Source: Erysipelotrichaceae bacterium
Lineage (GTDB): Bacteria; Bacillota_I; Bacilli_A; Erysipelotrichales; Erysipelotrichaceae
NCBI GenBank assembly: GCA_029101345.1
Contig: JAQXQU010000013.1
Location: 5,918-69,917 of the forward strand
Direction of reading: 5' to 3'
Length of the DNA stretch: 64,000 bases
Shown: positions 35,201 to 44,125 of the stretch, piece after piece
Layout of the letters: the number at the start of each line of letters is the position of its first letter
Numbering within the stretch: position 1 is the stretch's first letter
Notes under the pieces: generated by a model
Told to the model about the DNA's origin: nothing
Database searches by the model: none
What the model saw: the letters and a program-made list of their open reading frames with translations, nothing else
Position numbers and translations under genes: made by a program

Positions 35201-36281
35201 TCCCGTACTTATCTCTTTGATTGCTGTCTTTTTGGGCTTGCTGATAGCATGCATTGTCCTAGCTGTCTCAGGCCTTAATCCAGCCAATCTCTTTATTGCT
35301 CTGATCAGATCGCTATCTGGTTTCTATCTCTTAAAGCCTGAACAGGGTATCAATATTTCCTATCCTCTAAACTGGCTGCTTAACTCATTGCCGATCATTC
35401 TGACAGGCTGTTCAGTTGGCTTTGCCTATCGGACAGGCATGTTCAATATCGGTGGTGAAGGACAGTTTTTGGTTGGTGGTCTGGCTGCAGCAACGGTTGC
35501 AACACTTGTCAAACTTCCACCAGTTGTTCATGTCATTGTCTGTGTTCTGGCTGCTGGAATTGCTGGTGCCTTATGGGGCTTTTTGCCTGGTTTCCTCAAG
35601 GCGACAAGAAATATCAATGAAGTTGTCATCTGCGTTATGCTCAACTATACTGCCCTTTATTTGAATCAGTGGGCCATCAAGGCATTCCTGCCTATTGATT
35701 TGAATACCAAAGCCAAGACAACTCTCTTCCCTGATTCAGCAACTTTCTTCCCACTCAATTTTGGATCGACTTCCCAATTCCATTGGGGCTTTGTTATCGT
35801 CATTGCTGCACTTCTTGTCTATTGGTTCATTATGGAAAAGACAACATTTGGCTATTCCCTAAGAGCAACAGGGCTTAATAAGGAAGGTGCCCGCTATGCA
35901 GGCATGAAAACCAAATTCAATTGTACTGCTTCAATGATGATTGCCGGTGCTTTCTCAGGACTTGCCGGTGCAATTGTTACAATCGGTGTCTTCAAGTACG
36001 GAAGAATTGCTACGGCCTTTGATGGCTATGGTTTTGATGGCATTTCCGTTGCTCTTGTTGGTTCAGGACGTGCTGTCGGCATTTTGCTTGCCGGTTTGCT
36101 CTTTGGCTTGTTGAAAGCTGCTGGTACTACTTTCCAGATGCTTGGCATTCCAAAGGAAGTCGCATCAATTATCCAGGCTTGCGTATTGATTTTTGTTGCA
36201 ATTCAACATGGTATCAAGATGCTGCTTGATTTTTTATCAAAGCGAAAGGAGAAAAAATTAGATGGAAGCCATTCTAGCTAA
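35187..36281 (+). CDS. ABC transporter permease (BMP/nucleoside system)
   Basis: Polytopic protein. Start re-set to MKKHNPVL. Overlaps the end of the ATPase gene. Confidence 0.85.
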   Translation: MKKHNPVLISLIAVFLGLLIACIVLAVSGLNPANLFIALIRSLSGFYLLKPEQGINISYPLNWLLNSLPIILTGCSVGFAYRTGMFNIGGEGQFLVGGLAAATVATLVKLPPVVHVIVCVLAAGIAGALWGFLPGFLKATRNINEVVICVMLNYTALYLNQWAIKAFLPIDLNTKAKTTLFPDSATFFPLNFGSTSQFHWGFVIVIAALLVYWFIMEKTTFGYSLRATGLNKEGARYAGMKTKFNCTASMMIAGAFSGLAGAIVTIGVFKYGRIATAFDGYGFDGISVALVGSGRAVGILLAGLLFGLLKAAGTTFQMLGIPKEVASIIQACVLIFVAIQHGIKMLLDFLSKRKEKKLDGSHSS

Positions 36282-37227
36282 ATTGTATGAAATGTTCCCA
36301 ATAGCTCTAAACCTCTCTGTTCCTTTGATTATTACTGGTTTAGGCGGTTTATTCTCAGAACGAAGCGGTATTGTCAATGTCGCTTTGGATGCTTGCATGC
36401 AGATTGGTGCCTTTACGGCTGTAACTGTACTGATCATCCTGGCAGATATGGGTGTCAAGGGTGCTATCTGGTATGCACTACTGGCATGCGCTGTTGCTTC
36501 TACGCTCTTTGTTGCTATCCATGCCTTTTCATCGATTGAGATGATGGCAGACCAGACCATCTCTGGTACAGCCCTTAATGTCTTGGCTGGTGGTCTTACT
36601 ATCTATTTATGCGTTGTCATCTTCTCCACTCAGTCAACTCCTGCCTTCAATGCTAGTGCCACCTTCTCCAAAGTATCAGTTCCGCTTCTTAAGGATATTC
36701 CAATCCTTGGCAAGCTGTTCTTTACCAATAACTATCCATTTACTTATTTTGCTTATGTTCTGACAGTTGTGACCTGGTTTGTTCTCTTCAAGACAAGATT
36801 TGGACTAAGACTTAGATCTTGTGGCGAATTTCCACAAGCTGCTGCTTCAGTAGGCATTGATGTCAAGAAGACCCGTTGGATTGGCGTTTTATTATCAGGC
36901 ATGTTAGCAGGCATTGGTGGTGTTGCCCTGGTTTTGACAACTCAGACCTATTTTAACAACCTTTCCATCCATTCCTTAGGTTTCGTTGCTATTGCTACAA
37001 TGATTTTTGGCAAATGGAATCCATGGGGCGTTCTTGGTGCGGGCATTCTGTTTGGCTTTGCCCAGACTCTTGGCTACTACTCAAATTCCATTGCTTTCCT
37101 GAAGTTCATTCCAACTGAATTCTTCAATGCCTTTCCATATATTCTGACCATTATTGTCATTGTTCTTAATGGCAAGCAGGTGGGACCAAAGGCATCGGGT
37201 GAACTCTACGATCCTTCCAAACGCTAG
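36262..37227 (+). CDS. ABC transporter permease (BMP/nucleoside system)
   Basis: 321-aa polytopic protein. Overlaps the preceding permease gene by 20 nt. Confidence 0.85.
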   Translation: MEAILAKLYEMFPIALNLSVPLIITGLGGLFSERSGIVNVALDACMQIGAFTAVTVLIILADMGVKGAIWYALLACAVASTLFVAIHAFSSIEMMADQTISGTALNVLAGGLTIYLCVVIFSTQSTPAFNASATFSKVSVPLLKDIPILGKLFFTNNYPFTYFAYVLTVVTWFVLFKTRFGLRLRSCGEFPQAAASVGIDVKKTRWIGVLLSGMLAGIGGVALVLTTQTYFNNLSIHSLGFVAIATMIFGKWNPWGVLGAGILFGFAQTLGYYSNSIAFLKFIPTEFFNAFPYILTIIVIVLNGKQVGPKASGELYDPSKR

Positions 37228-37309
37228 TGATTGAAAAGTGATAAGCTTTTGAGAATTGGCCAAAGGCTTTTGCTGGTACATTATTCTTGCAGGTAATAAA
37301 AGGAGGAAA

Positions 37310-37615
37310 ATGAACCAGTTCACTATTGTCGGCAGAATTGCCGAAAAGCCAATTATCAAGGAAAGTGCCAGCGGCAATCGCTATTGCCAGCTTCTAGTCG
37401 AAGAGGAAAGGCCTTATCGCAATGCAAGTGGCGACTATGACAAGGATGTCTATTCCATCACCTTGTGGAAGGGCTTGACTGAAGAGAACTTCAAAGAAGG
37501 GGATCTCATCGGCATTAGAGGCCGCCTTCAATCCAGCAATTATGAGAAGGATGGCACAATCTATTATCGCGTTGATTTTATTGCAGAGAAGCTGACATTC
37601 ATCGAAGTCAGCTAA
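37310..37615 (+). CDS. short single-stranded DNA-binding protein (OB fold only, no acidic tail)
   Basis: MNQFTIVGRIAEKP...WKGLTEEN...GRLQSSNYEKDG aligns with the SSB core. 101 aa. RBS AGGAGG. The track start at 37256 is an extension. Confidence 0.75.
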   Translation: MNQFTIVGRIAEKPIIKESASGNRYCQLLVEEERPYRNASGDYDKDVYSITLWKGLTEENFKEGDLIGIRGRLQSSNYEKDGTIYYRVDFIAEKLTFIEVS

Positions 37616-37633
37616 GCTATTTGGTCAACAGCC

Positions 37634-37662
37634 AAAATCCTTGTCTTCTGACAGGGATTTTT
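37634..37662 (+). terminator. terminator after the ssb-like gene
   Basis: AAAATCCTTGTC-TTCT-GACAGGGATTTT hairpin followed by T residues. Confidence 0.75.
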
Positions 37663-37687
37663 AATATAATGACATGGGTGATATTTT

Positions 37688-39004
37688 ATGGCATTTGATA
37701 GTTTACAGGAAAAACTGACGACTTCCCTGAGAACACTCCAGGGCAAGTCCAAAATTACAGAAAAGAATATTGAAGACGCCTTGAAGGAAATAAGGATTGC
37801 CTTATTGGAATCTGATGTCAATTATGGTGTTGTCAAGAGCTTTCTTGAAAGGGTTCGAAGCGAATCATTGGGTCAGGATGTCCTTAATTCCATTGAGCCA
37901 GGTGAACTTTTAGTCAAGATTGTTCATGATGAAATAGTCAAGCTTCTGGGTGATGGCGATAACTCATTGATTTTCAAGCAGACTGGCATGACAGTTATTA
38001 TGGTTGTTGGCTTGCAGGGTACTGGTAAGACAACACAGGTTGCCAAGATTGCCAATCTTTTAAAGAAGAAGGATAATCGCAATCCAATGATCATCGCTGC
38101 TGATTTGATTAGACCGGCAGCTATTGAACAATTAAAGACTCTTGGCGAAAGAATTGGTGTTGAAGTCTTCTCAAAGGGAACAGATACTAGTGCGATCGAC
38201 ACTGTATTAAATGGTGTTGAATATGCCAGATCCAAGGGCTATGACACAGTATTCATTGATACGGCTGGCCGTTTGCAGATTGATGAAGTTCTGATGCAGG
38301 AGCTTAAGGATATCAAGAATGCTGTTGCACCAGATGAAATCCTTTTGACTGTTGATGCTTTGACTGGTCAGGATGTTGTCAATGTATCCAGAACCTTCCA
38401 CGAACTGCTTGATGTTACGGGCCTTGTCCTTACCAAATTTGATGGTGATTCAAAGGGCGGTTCTGCTTTGTCAGTCAAGGCCATTACTGGTGTTCCAATC
38501 AAATTTACAGGTGTTGGTGAAAAGATTGAAGACATTGAAGTCTTCCATCCTGATCGCTTGGCGCAAAGAATTCTTGGCATGGGTGATGTCGTTTCCCTGG
38601 TTGAAAAGGCTCAGGAAGAAATGGATATCAAGGCAGCAGAGAATACAGCAAAGCGCATGCTGGCTGGCAAATTCACAATGGATGATCTTCTGGTCCAGAT
38701 TGAGCAGACCCAGAAGATGGGTCCAATAGCTTCAATTATGAAGATGATTCCAGGCATGAATGATATTTCCAAGGCCATCGAAAAGACTGATGCCGATAAG
38801 GAACTCAACAAGACCAAGGTTATTATTCAGTCAATGACCAAGGCTGAAAGGAATGACCCATCAATCATCAGATCTTCCCATAAGCGCAGAATCGCTGCAG
38901 GCAGTGGTACCACTGTAAATGAAGTCAATAAGGTTATCAACCAATACGACAAGATGAAGAAGGTCATGAAGCAATTCTCCTCATTCAAGGGATTATTTGG
39001 TTAA
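37688..39004 (+). CDS. ffh: signal recognition particle protein Ffh
   Basis: GLQGTGKTT, DTAGRL and TKFDGDSKGG motifs. Met-rich M domain. Confidence 0.97.
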   Translation: MAFDSLQEKLTTSLRTLQGKSKITEKNIEDALKEIRIALLESDVNYGVVKSFLERVRSESLGQDVLNSIEPGELLVKIVHDEIVKLLGDGDNSLIFKQTGMTVIMVVGLQGTGKTTQVAKIANLLKKKDNRNPMIIAADLIRPAAIEQLKTLGERIGVEVFSKGTDTSAIDTVLNGVEYARSKGYDTVFIDTAGRLQIDEVLMQELKDIKNAVAPDEILLTVDALTGQDVVNVSRTFHELLDVTGLVLTKFDGDSKGGSALSVKAITGVPIKFTGVGEKIEDIEVFHPDRLAQRILGMGDVVSLVEKAQEEMDIKAAENTAKRMLAGKFTMDDLLVQIEQTQKMGPIASIMKMIPGMNDISKAIEKTDADKELNKTKVIIQSMTKAERNDPSIIRSSHKRRIAAGSGTTVNEVNKVINQYDKMKKVMKQFSSFKGLFG

Positions 39005-39009
39005 TATAT

Positions 39010-39047
39010 AAGGTGTTAAGTAAAAATACTTGACACCTTTGTTTATT
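39010..39047 (+). terminator. terminator after ffh
   Basis: 13-bp stem AAGGTGTTAAGTA / TACTTGACACCTT (one G-U pair) with loop AAAA, followed by a T-rich tract. Confidence 0.7.
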
Positions 39048-39057
39048 ATGGTAAGAT
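39030..39057 (+). promoter_or_regulatory. rpsP promoter embedded in the 3' arm of the ffh terminator
   Basis: TTGACA, 16-nt spacer, TAAGAT. Confidence 0.45.
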
Positions 39058-39089
39058 ATTAGAGGATTTACAAGGAGGTAGATGGAATT

Positions 39090-39353
39090 ATGGTTAAATT
39101 AAGATTAAAAAGAATGGGCGCAAAGAAGGCACCTTTCTACAGAATTGTTGCTGCTGACTCAAGAGCTCCACGTGATGGTCGTGATATTGAAGTTGTTGGT
39201 ACATACAACCCAACAAAGGATCCTGCTATTATCACAATTGATGAAGAAAAGGCTCTTAAGTGGCTCAAGAACGGTGCTGTTCCAACAGAAACAGTACGCA
39301 ATATCCTGGTTTCTCAGGGTGTAATGAAGAAGTTCACTGAACTTAAGAAGTAA
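39090..39353 (+). CDS. rpsP: 30S ribosomal protein S16
   Basis: [25 protein letters not shown] is the canonical N-terminus. Confidence 0.97.
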   Translation: MVKLRLKRMGAKKAPFYRIVAADSRAPRDGRDIEVVGTYNPTKDPAIITIDEEKALKWLKNGAVPTETVRNILVSQGVMKKFTELKK

Positions 39354-39601
39354 TGATTGACTTAGAAAAGGTATTGCTGAACCTTGTCAAGCCAATCTGC
39401 AATGATCCAGATGCAGCTATGGTTAAGCAAATGGATAGTCTTGATAAAAATGAGATTCTCCTTTATGTTTATGCACCAAGTGAGGATATTGCAAGATTGA
39501 TTGGAAGGCAAGGGGTTATGGCAAATTCAATCAGACAGATGCTGCAGGTCGCATCCAAGATTGAAAACAAGCACATTTCAATCAAATTTGAAGCGCTTTA
39601 A
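39353..39601 (+). CDS. KH-domain RNA-binding protein (YlqC-like)
   Basis: 82 aa with the LIGRQGVMANSIR KH GxxG motif. Conserved position between rpsP and rimM. Confidence 0.85.
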   Translation: MIDLEKVLLNLVKPICNDPDAAMVKQMDSLDKNEILLYVYAPSEDIARLIGRQGVMANSIRQMLQVASKIENKHISIKFEAL

Positions 39602-39629
39602 TAGGATGACAAAATCATCCTATTTTTTT
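39601..39629 (+). terminator. terminator between the KH gene and rimM
   Basis: 9-bp stem ATAGGATGA / TCATCCTAT with loop CAAAA, followed by T7. Confidence 0.7.
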
Positions 39630-39634
39630 ATAAT
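39606..39634 (+). promoter_or_regulatory. candidate promoter of rimM (leaderless configuration)
   Basis: ATGACA, 17-nt spacer, TATAAT. The ATG lies 6 nt downstream and there is no SD. Confidence 0.4.
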
Positions 39635-39640
39635 TTGCTT

Positions 39641-40138
39641 ATGGAATACAAACTTATCGGAAGAATTGCCAATACACACGGACTTAAAGGAGAACTTAAA
39701 GTCATACCGGAAACTGATTTCATCGAAGAACGTTTCCAAATCAACTCTGCAATCTATTTGGGCAAGGAGAAGCAGAAAGTTCTTGTCAAATCCTATCGGG
39801 AACATCAGGGTATTCTGCTGCTTGAAATGGTAGGCTATGAAGACATCAATCAGGTTGAAAAATACAAGGGCTATGAAATCTATAAATCAACCAATGATAT
39901 CAAACCACTGGCCAAGGGCGAATACTATTTTTCAGATTTAAAGGGACTTGATGCCTATGTAAATGGTGAAAAGAAGGGAAGGGTCATTGATGTAGAAGCT
40001 GGTACCAAAGCTAATAATCTTCGCATTTTAAAGGAAGATGGCAAGACGGCACTGGTACCTTTCCTGCCTGTTTTTGTTACTGGGGTTGATCTTGAAAGCA
40101 GGCGTATTGATATCATAGAAATGGCTGGTCTTTTATGA
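39641..40138 (+). CDS. rimM: 16S rRNA processing protein RimM
   Basis: MEYKLIGRIANTHGLKGELKV is the canonical N-terminus. PRC barrel C-terminus. Confidence 0.92.
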   Translation: MEYKLIGRIANTHGLKGELKVIPETDFIEERFQINSAIYLGKEKQKVLVKSYREHQGILLLEMVGYEDINQVEKYKGYEIYKSTNDIKPLAKGEYYFSDLKGLDAYVNGEKKGRVIDVEAGTKANNLRILKEDGKTALVPFLPVFVTGVDLESRRIDIIEMAGLL

Positions 40139-40860
40139 GAATAACCATTCTCACGCTTTTTCCAACAATGTTTGAAGGTTTTCTGCACACTTCAATTATT
40201 AAAAGAATCATTGATAAGGGCTTAGTGGAAATCAGGATAGTGGATATCAGAGACTACTCATTGGACAAGCATCGTCATGTGGATGATACCCCTTATGGAG
40301 GAGGAGCTGGCATGCTGATGAAGGTTGATGTCCTTCATCGGGCCTTGGCTGCCAATTCAAAAGAGAATTCCCGCATCCTTTTGACATCACCAAAAGCCAA
40401 GCCCTTCAAGCAGTCAGATGCCAGACGTTTGTCCAAGTTTTCTGACATAGTCATTGTCTGTGGCCATTATGAAGGAATTGACTATCGCTTTGAGAAATAT
40501 GTCGATGAAAAGGTCTCAATTGGTGATTATGTTTTGACAGGTGGAGAACTGGCTTCAATGGTCATCTCTGATGCCATTGTGCGCTTGCTGGATGATGGCA
40601 TTTCCAAGCAATCACTTGAAATCGAGTCCTTTGACAACAATCTGCTTGAATGTCCACAATATACTAGACCCTATGACTTTTATGGTGATAAGGTACCTGC
40701 TGTTCTGCTTTCCGGCAATCATCGGGATATCAAACATTATAATGACAAGATGGCATTAAGGGAAACCCTGAAATATCGACCGGATTTGCTCGAAAACCAT
40801 CAGTTTACAAAAGAGGAAATAGCGCTTTTGGAGGAGATAAGAAATGAGTTTGAAGGATAG
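40135..40860 (+). CDS. trmD: tRNA (guanine37-N1)-methyltransferase
   Basis: YGGGAGMLMK and GHYEGIDYR motifs. ATGA overlap with rimM. Confidence 0.96.
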   Translation: MRITILTLFPTMFEGFLHTSIIKRIIDKGLVEIRIVDIRDYSLDKHRHVDDTPYGGGAGMLMKVDVLHRALAANSKENSRILLTSPKAKPFKQSDARRLSKFSDIVIVCGHYEGIDYRFEKYVDEKVSIGDYVLTGGELASMVISDAIVRLLDDGISKQSLEIESFDNNLLECPQYTRPYDFYGDKVPAVLLSGNHRDIKHYNDKMALRETLKYRPDLLENHQFTKEEIALLEEIRNEFEG

Positions 40861-41665
40861 GATCAAGGCTGTCATGTTTGATTTTGATGGTACCTTGATT
40901 GATTATGATTCCAAAACTACCAAGGAAACCAATGATGCCTTAAGAAAACTCAAGGAAAAGGGCTATACTTTGATTCTTAATTCTGGGCGTCCAGTAGCCA
41001 TTTCCCTCTTGGCAGTGGAAGATATCTTTGAAGACAACTATTTTGATTATTGTTTTGGCTGCAACGGCTCGGAATTCTATGATTGCCAGAATCACAAGCT
41101 GGAACTGTTGGCATATCTTGATCCTGCTACTATCAAGGATGTTGAAAAGCTATTAAGAAGCGAGCTGCTCTATGTTGGTGTCTATGATGGCACTGATTTC
41201 CTGGTTGATAAGCAGCCGGTTGAAGAATATGCTTTCAAATGGTTCAAAGAACGCTACCTGAATGTCAAAGTTGTTGACTTTAGCAAGGACATTATCAAAG
41301 ACTATCCCAAAGTTCTTTCCTTAAGTGCCAAGGAAGATCGTCCTCAGGTAACTGAACTGATTGCCAATATCAATGATGAGCGTTTTGATATGTATTTTTC
41401 ATCACCTAATGCGCTCGAAACAGTCCCAAAGGGCGTATCAAAGGCCTTGTCAGTAGAAAAGATCCTAGATAACTTCGACCTGAAAGCAGAAGAGATTCTC
41501 TCCTTTGGCGATTCGGCCAATGATATTCCAATGCTTGTCGCAACAACTGGGGTAATCATGGAGAATGCCGATGAAAAGCTCAAGAAGGATTTCACCTATC
41601 GTTGTCCGGCAATTGAAGATGGCGGTGTTTATGTATTTTTGAAGAAAGAAGGCTTTATTTATTGA
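40844..41665 (+). CDS. Cof-type HAD-IIB phosphatase
   Basis: FDFDGTL motif I. GDSANDIPML motif. 273 aa. Confidence 0.8.
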   Translation: MSLKDRIKAVMFDFDGTLIDYDSKTTKETNDALRKLKEKGYTLILNSGRPVAISLLAVEDIFEDNYFDYCFGCNGSEFYDCQNHKLELLAYLDPATIKDVEKLLRSELLYVGVYDGTDFLVDKQPVEEYAFKWFKERYLNVKVVDFSKDIIKDYPKVLSLSAKEDRPQVTELIANINDERFDMYFSSPNALETVPKGVSKALSVEKILDNFDLKAEEILSFGDSANDIPMLVATTGVIMENADEKLKKDFTYRCPAIEDGGVYVFLKKEGFIY

Positions 41666-41690
41666 TAAATGGGTTTATCTCTGTTAGAAT
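41662..41690 (+). promoter_or_regulatory. rplS promoter
   Basis: TTGATA, 17-nt spacer, TAGAAT. This predicts a 5' UTR of about 76 nt. Confidence 0.55.
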
Positions 41691-41772
41691 AATAGAGCAT
41701 TTTATGCAATTGTTGTTCCGCTTTTCTGATGATTATGAACAATGATTAAATATTTCCAAGGAGGACAAGAAA

Positions 41773-42120
41773 ATGAACTTAAATCTAGTTAGTGAAATAA
41801 CTAAGAATCAGCTCAAGACAGACCTTCCTGAACTTCGCCCAGGTGCAACTGTAAAGGTTGACGTAAAAATCAAGGAAGGGGACAAGACTCGTATCCAGGT
41901 TTTCGAAGGCGTTATCATTCGTGTTCAGGGCAGTGGCATTGGCAGAACATTTACTGTTCGTAAGATGTCTAGCGGTGTTGGCGTAGAAAGAACATTCCCT
42001 GTTCATTCACCATTAATCGACAAGATTACTGTAGTCCGTCAGGGTAAGGTAAGAAGAGCTCGCCTTTACTATCTCAGAAATCGTTCAGGCAAGTCTGCTC
42101 GTCTTAAGGAAGTTCGTTAA
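41773..42120 (+). CDS. rplS: 50S ribosomal protein L19
   Basis: [19 protein letters not shown]...[10 protein letters not shown] is canonical. RBS AAGGAGG. Confidence 0.97.
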   Translation: MNLNLVSEITKNQLKTDLPELRPGATVKVDVKIKEGDKTRIQVFEGVIIRVQGSGIGRTFTVRKMSSGVGVERTFPVHSPLIDKITVVRQGKVRRARLYYLRNRSGKSARLKEVR

Positions 42121-42121
42121 T

Positions 42122-42148
42122 AAAAAGCCGCTGATGCGGTTTTTTATT
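42122..42148 (+). terminator. terminator after rplS
   Basis: AAAAAGCCGC-TGAT-GCGGTTTTT hairpin. Confidence 0.8.
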
Positions 42149-42160
42149 TATAATAGACTT

Positions 42161-42670
42161 ATGTATAAAGCAAAAGATTTTTTCAAGGATTTATTGTCAA
42201 TTGGCATCTCAGTCATTGTCATAACTTTTATTCTCTTAAGATTCATACTCATGCCTGTTCTTGTCCATGGCAATTCCATGTTGCCAACACTTGAACCTGA
42301 TGATTATGGCTATTCATTCAAAATTGCCAGGAAGATCGGAATCAAGAGATTTGATGTTGTGGTAATCGATGTTGAAAGCGATGATGACAAGCTTTTGGTC
42401 AAAAGATTGATAGGTTTGCCTAACGAGAAGATTGAATACATTGATAATCATTTATATGTCAATGGTGAATATGTTGAAGAGGATTTCCTTGCTGATGACG
42501 CCTATACAGCTGATTTTGCATATGAATTAGGCGACAATGAATACTTTGTAATGGGAGATAATCGGCTGATATCCAAGGATTCAAGATTCTATGGATCTTT
42601 TTCAGGTGAACAGATTATAGCTAGTCATCTGCTGGTTCTCTTCCCATTTGGACATCTGGGGGTAAAGTAA
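42161..42670 (+). CDS. lepB: signal peptidase I
   Basis: Catalytic Ser motif GNSMLPTL and Lys motif VKRLIGLPNE, plus GDNRLISKDSR. Start re-set, because the track start at 42134 lies inside the rplS terminator. Confidence 0.9.
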   Translation: MYKAKDFFKDLLSIGISVIVITFILLRFILMPVLVHGNSMLPTLEPDDYGYSFKIARKIGIKRFDVVVIDVESDDDKLLVKRLIGLPNEKIEYIDNHLYVNGEYVEEDFLADDAYTADFAYELGDNEYFVMGDNRLISKDSRFYGSFSGEQIIASHLLVLFPFGHLGVK

Positions 42671-43509
42671 TGAGCAATATCCAATGGTTCCCTGGCCATA
42701 TGCAAAAGGCTAGAAGGCAAATGGAAGAGCAGCTGAAACTGGTTGATATGATTATTGAACTAAGAGATGCCAGAATTCCTCTTTCAAGCTACAACCCAAT
42801 GCTTGAGCAATTGGCACCTAACAAGGAAAGGCTGATTGTGCTGAACAAGGCTGATTGTGCTGATCCGATAATTCTTGAGGAATTCAAAAGCCTTTTTATC
42901 AGCAAGGGCCAGCATTGCATCATTGCCAATTCGGTCAATGATAATCTGACTAAGATCATTGTTGCTGAAGTCAAGACCATCCTCAAGACCAAACTTGATA
43001 AAGCCAAGGCCAGAGGCATTCGCAAGAAGGTTTTGCGGGCAATGGTTGTAGGCATTCCCAATGTTGGCAAATCAACATTCATCAACAATATTGTCAAGAA
43101 AAAGGTAGCTAAGGCTGAAAACAGACCTGGAGTAACAAGAGCTTTGCAATGGGTGAAGCTCAATGAAGATGTTGAACTGCTAGATACTCCTGGCGTTCTC
43201 TATCCAAAGATTGAGAATGAACTAACTGGTATCAAATTGGCGCTTTTAGGTTCCATCAATGATGAAATTCTTGATAAGAAAATGCTTGTCAACTATGGCC
43301 TTTCATTTTTGCTTAAAGAATATCCAGGTCTTTTGAACAAGCGTTATGGTATTGATGAATCAGCAGAAAGCATTTTTGAGGAAATAGCCAGAGCCAGAGG
43401 CTGCCTGTCTAGTGGCTCCCTTGACGAAAAAAGAGCCATTGATATGATTCTCAAAGATATCAGAAACAATAATCTCGGACCAATCTCCTGGGAGAAGCCT
43501 GATGCTTGA
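42670..43509 (+). CDS. rbgA: ribosome biogenesis GTPase A (YlqF)
   Basis: Circularly permuted GTPase motifs: NKADCAD (G4) then GIPNVGKST (G1) and DTPG (G3). Confidence 0.93.
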   Translation: MSNIQWFPGHMQKARRQMEEQLKLVDMIIELRDARIPLSSYNPMLEQLAPNKERLIVLNKADCADPIILEEFKSLFISKGQHCIIANSVNDNLTKIIVAEVKTILKTKLDKAKARGIRKKVLRAMVVGIPNVGKSTFINNIVKKKVAKAENRPGVTRALQWVKLNEDVELLDTPGVLYPKIENELTGIKLALLGSINDEILDKKMLVNYGLSFLLKEYPGLLNKRYGIDESAESIFEEIARARGCLSSGSLDEKRAIDMILKDIRNNNLGPISWEKPDA

Positions 43510-44113
43510 AAATGTCTATGAAAAGATGCTTTGGCCTAGTGGTGAATTGGTCATGGGCATCGATGAGGCGGGCAGAGGACCTTTGTGTGGCCCTTTGGTT
43601 GTTGCCTGTGTGATATTTGATAAGGATTACCAGAATGATGCCATCAATGATTCCAAAAAGCTCAGCGAAAAGAAACGTCAGAAGCTCTTTATGGAAATCA
43701 TCAAAGATGCCCGCTATTATGCTTTTAGAATAGTTGAGCCAAAGGAAATTGATGCTCTTAACATTTATACTGCAACCAAGAAGGCAATGGAAGAACTTAG
43801 CAGATCAACAGATCTTCATCAATTGACTATTACTGATGCCATGCCTTTAGGAAGAGAAAATGCCATACCAATCATTAAAGGTGATGCCAAAAGCATTTCC
43901 ATTGCGGCAGCATCAATTCTAGCCAAGCATCTGCGTGATTGCATCATGAAGGGCTATGACATCCTCTATCCCCAATATGAATATGCTAAACATAAGGGTT
44001 ATCCAACCAAAAGGCATCTGGAGCTGCTTGATATCTATGGAATCAATGATATCTATCGTCTCTCCTATCGGCCTTGCTTTGAAAGAATCAATAGGAATCA
44101 GTCCCTTTTTTGA
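43502..44113 (+). CDS. rnhB: ribonuclease HII
   Basis: GIDEAGRGPLCGPLV motif. Confidence 0.94.
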   Translation: MLENVYEKMLWPSGELVMGIDEAGRGPLCGPLVVACVIFDKDYQNDAINDSKKLSEKKRQKLFMEIIKDARYYAFRIVEPKEIDALNIYTATKKAMEELSRSTDLHQLTITDAMPLGRENAIPIIKGDAKSISIAAASILAKHLRDCIMKGYDILYPQYEYAKHKGYPTKRHLELLDIYGINDIYRLSYRPCFERINRNQSLF

Positions 44114-44125
44114 CAATAAAGGGAT

